DNA from: Candidatus Giovannonibacteria bacterium RIFCSPHIGHO2_01_FULL_45_24
GTDB taxonomy: Bacteria; Patescibacteriota; Minisyncoccia; UBA11713; 2-01-FULL-45-33
NCBI GenBank assembly: GCA_001778495.1
Contig: MFHE01000010.1
Span: 1-53,291 of the forward strand
Length of the DNA: 53,291 nt
Reading direction: 5' to 3'
Part shown: positions 50,434-53,291 of the stretch, in pieces
Position numbering within the stretch: position 1 is the first letter of the stretch
Layout: each line of letters starts with the position of its first letter
Translations under genes and position numbers: made by a program
The notes under the pieces: generated by a model
What the model was told of the DNA's origin: nothing
Database searches by the model: none
Seen by the model: only the letters and a program-made list of their open reading frames with translations

Positions 50434-51638
50434 TGTTTTATTATAAAAGTAACTTCGCCAGAAAGTAAATATTTGCCGTTCTCCGGTTGATGATTCGCGG
50501 AGAGTTTAATGTTTTTTAAAATTGCCTTGTTTTCGCCCCAACGATCAGCCAAAACCGCGAACTTCTCGTCTTTAAATCTCCGATAATCACGTTCCCGAAT
50601 ACCAAAATAGATTGAATTAGCCGGACCAATTTTAGTCAGAGTATTATCATCAACTCTTATGAATTTCAGTCCGGCGGCTTCGGCATTAAAAAATAATCTG
50701 CCGATATAAGGATTTTCGGGCCTCAAAACAAAATCAACGTATGCCTTGATAACTTTTTTAGCTGTGTATTTAAATAAGTTGTTTATAGGGGCGAGGACTG
50801 GTTTTAGATAAAACATTTTTTTAAATCTTGCGAAGCAATATTCTCCAATAGAACTTCTTGCGGAATTTATAGAAGAATTGTAGTTAAAATACTCGCACCC
50901 CGGAGCAATAGCTTTCATAATTTCTTGCTTGTAGGGACTTTTTGTAAAAAGTTTCCGCACAGGATAATAGTTATCGTCTTTAGCTCCGGGAATCTTAACT
51001 GCCCGCTCAAAATAGGCAGAGTCGTTTATGCCCAAAAAGTTAAACATCTTGGAGATAGAATTTCCGGCATCGTAAACGATATTTTCGTACCGGGTTAGAG
51101 TCCAATTCTCGTTTTTATATTTTAAATAAAGATCAATGCACTCCTTCCAAGAATGTGCCGCACGTAGCAGTAGATCGTCCGGCAGCGAAAGGACTGTCTT
51201 TGTAAACAAAAGATATGTCTCGGTGCCGCCCAAAGTCATAGATTGAAAATTGTGCCAAGGATTGCGCACAATAAACACAAAAAGCGCATCAGGAAACATT
51301 TCTTTAAAAAACGGCACGCGAGCGATATGATCTGGCGACTTAATAACCAATCGCTTGCCGCCCGCCAACGAGAGATAGATGCGTCTTACGCGCTCTATGG
51401 CATTTTTATCAAAAATCGGAACTGCGAGTTGCGGATCGCCTTTTGCATCCCATTTTTCAAAATCAAAATTATCCCACCAGATTTGCGTGTCAGTGGTATT
51501 TGATTTATCTTCAGGCACAACCCCGCCTTTAACCTTATGATCAGTAATTAAAAAGTGGCCGTTCTTGCCCCCAAGAATCCTAGCCAACATGCTTGTCCCA
51601 GAATTGGCGCAACCCAAGATAATGATGGGCGGCTTCAT
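50430..51638 (-). CDS. Sulfotransferase-family protein
   Basis: 5'-PSB-like IIILGCANSGTSML and 3'-PB-like VRNPWHNFQS. Confidence 0.62.
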   Translation of the reverse strand: MKPPIIILGCANSGTSMLARILGGKNGHFLITDHKVKGGVVPEDKSNTTDTQIWWDNFDFEKWDAKGDPQLAVPIFDKNAIERVRRIYLSLAGGKRLVIKSPDHIARVPFFKEMFPDALFVFIVRNPWHNFQSMTLGGTETYLLFTKTVLSLPDDLLLRAAHSWKECIDLYLKYKNENWTLTRYENIVYDAGNSISKMFNFLGINDSAYFERAVKIPGAKDDNYYPVRKLFTKSPYKQEIMKAIAPGCEYFNYNSSINSARSSIGEYCFARFKKMFYLKPVLAPINNLFKYTAKKVIKAYVDFVLRPENPYIGRLFFNAEAAGLKFIRVDDNTLTKIGPANSIYFGIRERDYRRFKDEKFAVLADRWGENKAILKNIKLSANHQPENGKYLLSGEVTFIIKQ

Positions 51639-52364
51639 TTATTTAAAACTTTTGATTTCTTTAGTCAGTTTGTCTTTGTGTTTATAAAGATATTCTGCCA
51701 AAACCCAGTCTTCCGGAGTATCTAAATCAACCGACCGCCACTTGTCGCAAATCACGGCTCTTGTATCGCTGGTAAAAATGTCTTTTTCTTTAAGCAACGC
51801 GGACGTTTTTACAATATATACGAAACAGCCGTTTAAAATGTACGCCTTGCGCCATTGCTGGACGTTAGACGGCAACTTGCCTCCGGGACTGTTAGCCAAA
51901 ATGATTTTATTCTGCGCGTCCAGATAATAAAGGCGCGGATGCGTAGAACACACGGTAAGAACGGTCGTGGCGCCGCTTTCTTTTATAAATTCCCAGCATT
52001 CATTAATGTCCTTTTGTTCGCGGAGCGGCGAGGTTGTGTGTAAAAATATTACGTATTCCGGTTCGCATCCTTCTTCTTTTTTTAATCTCTTTAAAAAATA
52101 AACGGCCGAATCATTCACGCTGGCTTTGTCCGCAGCCAAACGCTTGGGGCGCAAAAATGGCGCTTCCGCTCCGTATTTTTTCGCAATCGCCGCAATTTTA
52201 GGGGAATCCGTGTCCACAACCACTCTGTCAATAAAAGAATTTTCTTTTGCCTGCAAAATCGTATGCGCAATCAAAGGTTTGCCAAAAAAATTCCTGATGT
52301 TTTTATTGGGAATGCGTTTAGACCCCCCCCTCGCGGGAATAATAGCCAAGAGTTTTTCTTTCAC
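51639..52364 (-). CDS. neuA: CMP-nonulosonic acid synthetase (acylneuraminate cytidylyltransferase family)
   Basis: LAIIPARGGSKRIPNKNI N-terminal motif. Confidence 0.9.
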   Translation of the reverse strand: MKEKLLAIIPARGGSKRIPNKNIRNFFGKPLIAHTILQAKENSFIDRVVVDTDSPKIAAIAKKYGAEAPFLRPKRLAADKASVNDSAVYFLKRLKKEEGCEPEYVIFLHTTSPLREQKDINECWEFIKESGATTVLTVCSTHPRLYYLDAQNKIILANSPGGKLPSNVQQWRKAYILNGCFVYIVKTSALLKEKDIFTSDTRAVICDKWRSVDLDTPEDWVLAEYLYKHKDKLTKEIKSFK

Positions 52365-52379
52365 GCTTTTAAAACTTTT

Positions 52380-53291
52380 TTAACTGACTTGATGTTTCAA
52401 TTTCCACTCTCCGTCCGGCAGACGCTTCCATAAATGCGGCGACTTAAATTCGTCGGCTAATTTCATAAAATATTCTCTGTTCATCACAGGGTAATCAAAC
52501 ATTTTAACGACCTTTGGCGAAAAATCCTTTTCCGTAATGCTTAAATACCGAAAAAGTTCGTCCTCAAATCTTGCGGGATATTCTCCGTCAAATCTTCTCA
52601 CAAGCGATACCCCCTCATCACGCGTTATATCGCCAGATCTTATTTCCTGCGCCGCATCCCAAGTCGCGCGTCCTATGCCAAATTTTATGAACATTGTGTA
52701 AAAATTCAAGTCGTCCATTTTATCATCAATGCTGGTATATTTTCCGTATGTTCCCGGGCTTCGTTCCGGGGCAGCCTGAAAGCCGCCGTGTTCTACCGCG
52801 TAATAATAACAGGATTGCGGATGCCACTTTAAATAATATCCCAGATAATGCACCTCCAAAGCGATTTTTTCCATTCTTGCCGGATCGGCTGGAAAATACG
52901 GCTGAAGATCGTTATCTGAAATATCATAGCGCTGTTTAAAATCTGCTACGGATACGCCGCCTAAATAAATTTTAGATTGATCTTTTGCCGTGAAATAAGA
53001 TCGGTCGCGTTTGGCAGTGGACATATCTGCAATTGGATTGCCGTATTCAGCTTCGTTCTCGCCGTAAAAAACCAAGGGGATATTAAAAGATACGGCTAAT
53101 TTTGGCGGGAGGGATTTTTGGCCCAAAATAAAAGGCTGAAACGGATGAAACAGTTTTTCAAGAGCCAAACGGGTAAGCAGGCGATGCGCGCGGCCGTTTG
53201 GAGTATGCAGATAATTGTCAAAACCGGCGTGGAGCCATGCTTGAAAATTTTTCCATCCCCAATCGGTATAAAGATGCGGCGCCCAAGTTAC
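52380..53291 (-). CDS. N-acetyl sugar amidotransferase (WbpG/PseA/PtmG family), 5'-truncated by the window end
   Basis: The frame stays open from 53168 to 53291 (…VTWAPHLYTDWGWKNFQAWLHAGF…). C-terminal region HYLGYYLKWHPQ…IDDKMDDLNFYT…GDITRDEG is family-typical (recalled). Confidence 0.78.
   Translation of the reverse strand, partial: VTWAPHLYTDWGWKNFQAWLHAGFDNYLHTPNGRAHRLLTRLALEKLFHPFQPFILGQKSLPPKLAVSFNIPLVFYGENEAEYGNPIADMSTAKRDRSYFTAKDQSKIYLGGVSVADFKQRYDISDNDLQPYFPADPARMEKIALEVHYLGYYLKWHPQSCYYYAVEHGGFQAAPERSPGTYGKYTSIDDKMDDLNFYTMFIKFGIGRATWDAAQEIRSGDITRDEGVSLVRRFDGEYPARFEDELFRYLSITEKDFSPKVVKMFDYPVMNREYFMKLADEFKSPHLWKRLPDGEWKLKHQVS

Noticed and set aside
1-53291. CRISPR arrays, cas genes, reverse transcriptase/DGR, restriction-modification or known toxin-antitoxin/defence modules
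   Set aside because: None was recognisable in any frame. The NTase-like, DUF5674-like and helical-protein trio (15137-16421) lacks HEPN or other defence signatures, so it was reported only for its flanking motif.

Overview
The window is mostly minus-strand genes from a small-gene bacterium. I infer a CPR/Parcubacteria-like origin from gene content, not from any search.

Layout:
- 1-1.7 kb: 5' part of a 23S rRNA gene. It has its own promoter and a 310-nt ORF-bearing insertion in helix 45.
- 2-20.6 kb: housekeeping and small accessory genes. These are tRNA-Val, rplJ-rplL, rsmE, rsmI, a class IV aminotransferase, nth, a MacAB-type efflux operon, secA, hpf and pdaD.
- 20.8-53.3 kb: one long glycan locus running off the window end. 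It holds a priming sugar transferase, GT4, an O-antigen-ligase/TPR protein, a GT-C protein, an MsbA-like exporter and a legionaminic/sialic-type nonulosonic-acid pathway. A dense tailoring block follows: formyltransferase, deacetylase, amidinotransferase, two methyltransferases, two oxidoreductases, a sulfotransferase, a CMP-sugar synthetase and a WbpG/PseA-type amidotransferase.

Most unusual signal: an IS200/RAYT-like HUH-Y1 transposase (29089-29733) is bracketed by identical perfect hairpins (CTTGGAAG-CCGGA-CTTCCAAG core). Copies of that hairpin family sit in-frame inside the transposase gene itself (twice) and inside rsmI. A different 38-bp nested palindrome sits in-frame in secA.

Other observations:
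- a PaaX-like gene bracketed by two 42-48 bp palindromes sharing CAACGATCGTTG
- five perfect DnaA-box 9-mers
- a conserved motif just 3' of three consecutive small genes
- a promoter-hairpin-terminator unit and a 79-nt hairpin upstream of pdaD-hpf
- slippage-prone repeats in glycan genes
- a stop-free in-frame extension after the deacetylase TGA
- a recurring leaderless-type promoter/start arrangement

No CRISPR array, cas genes or reverse transcriptase were seen. All family assignments come from reading motifs in the translations, not from database searches.
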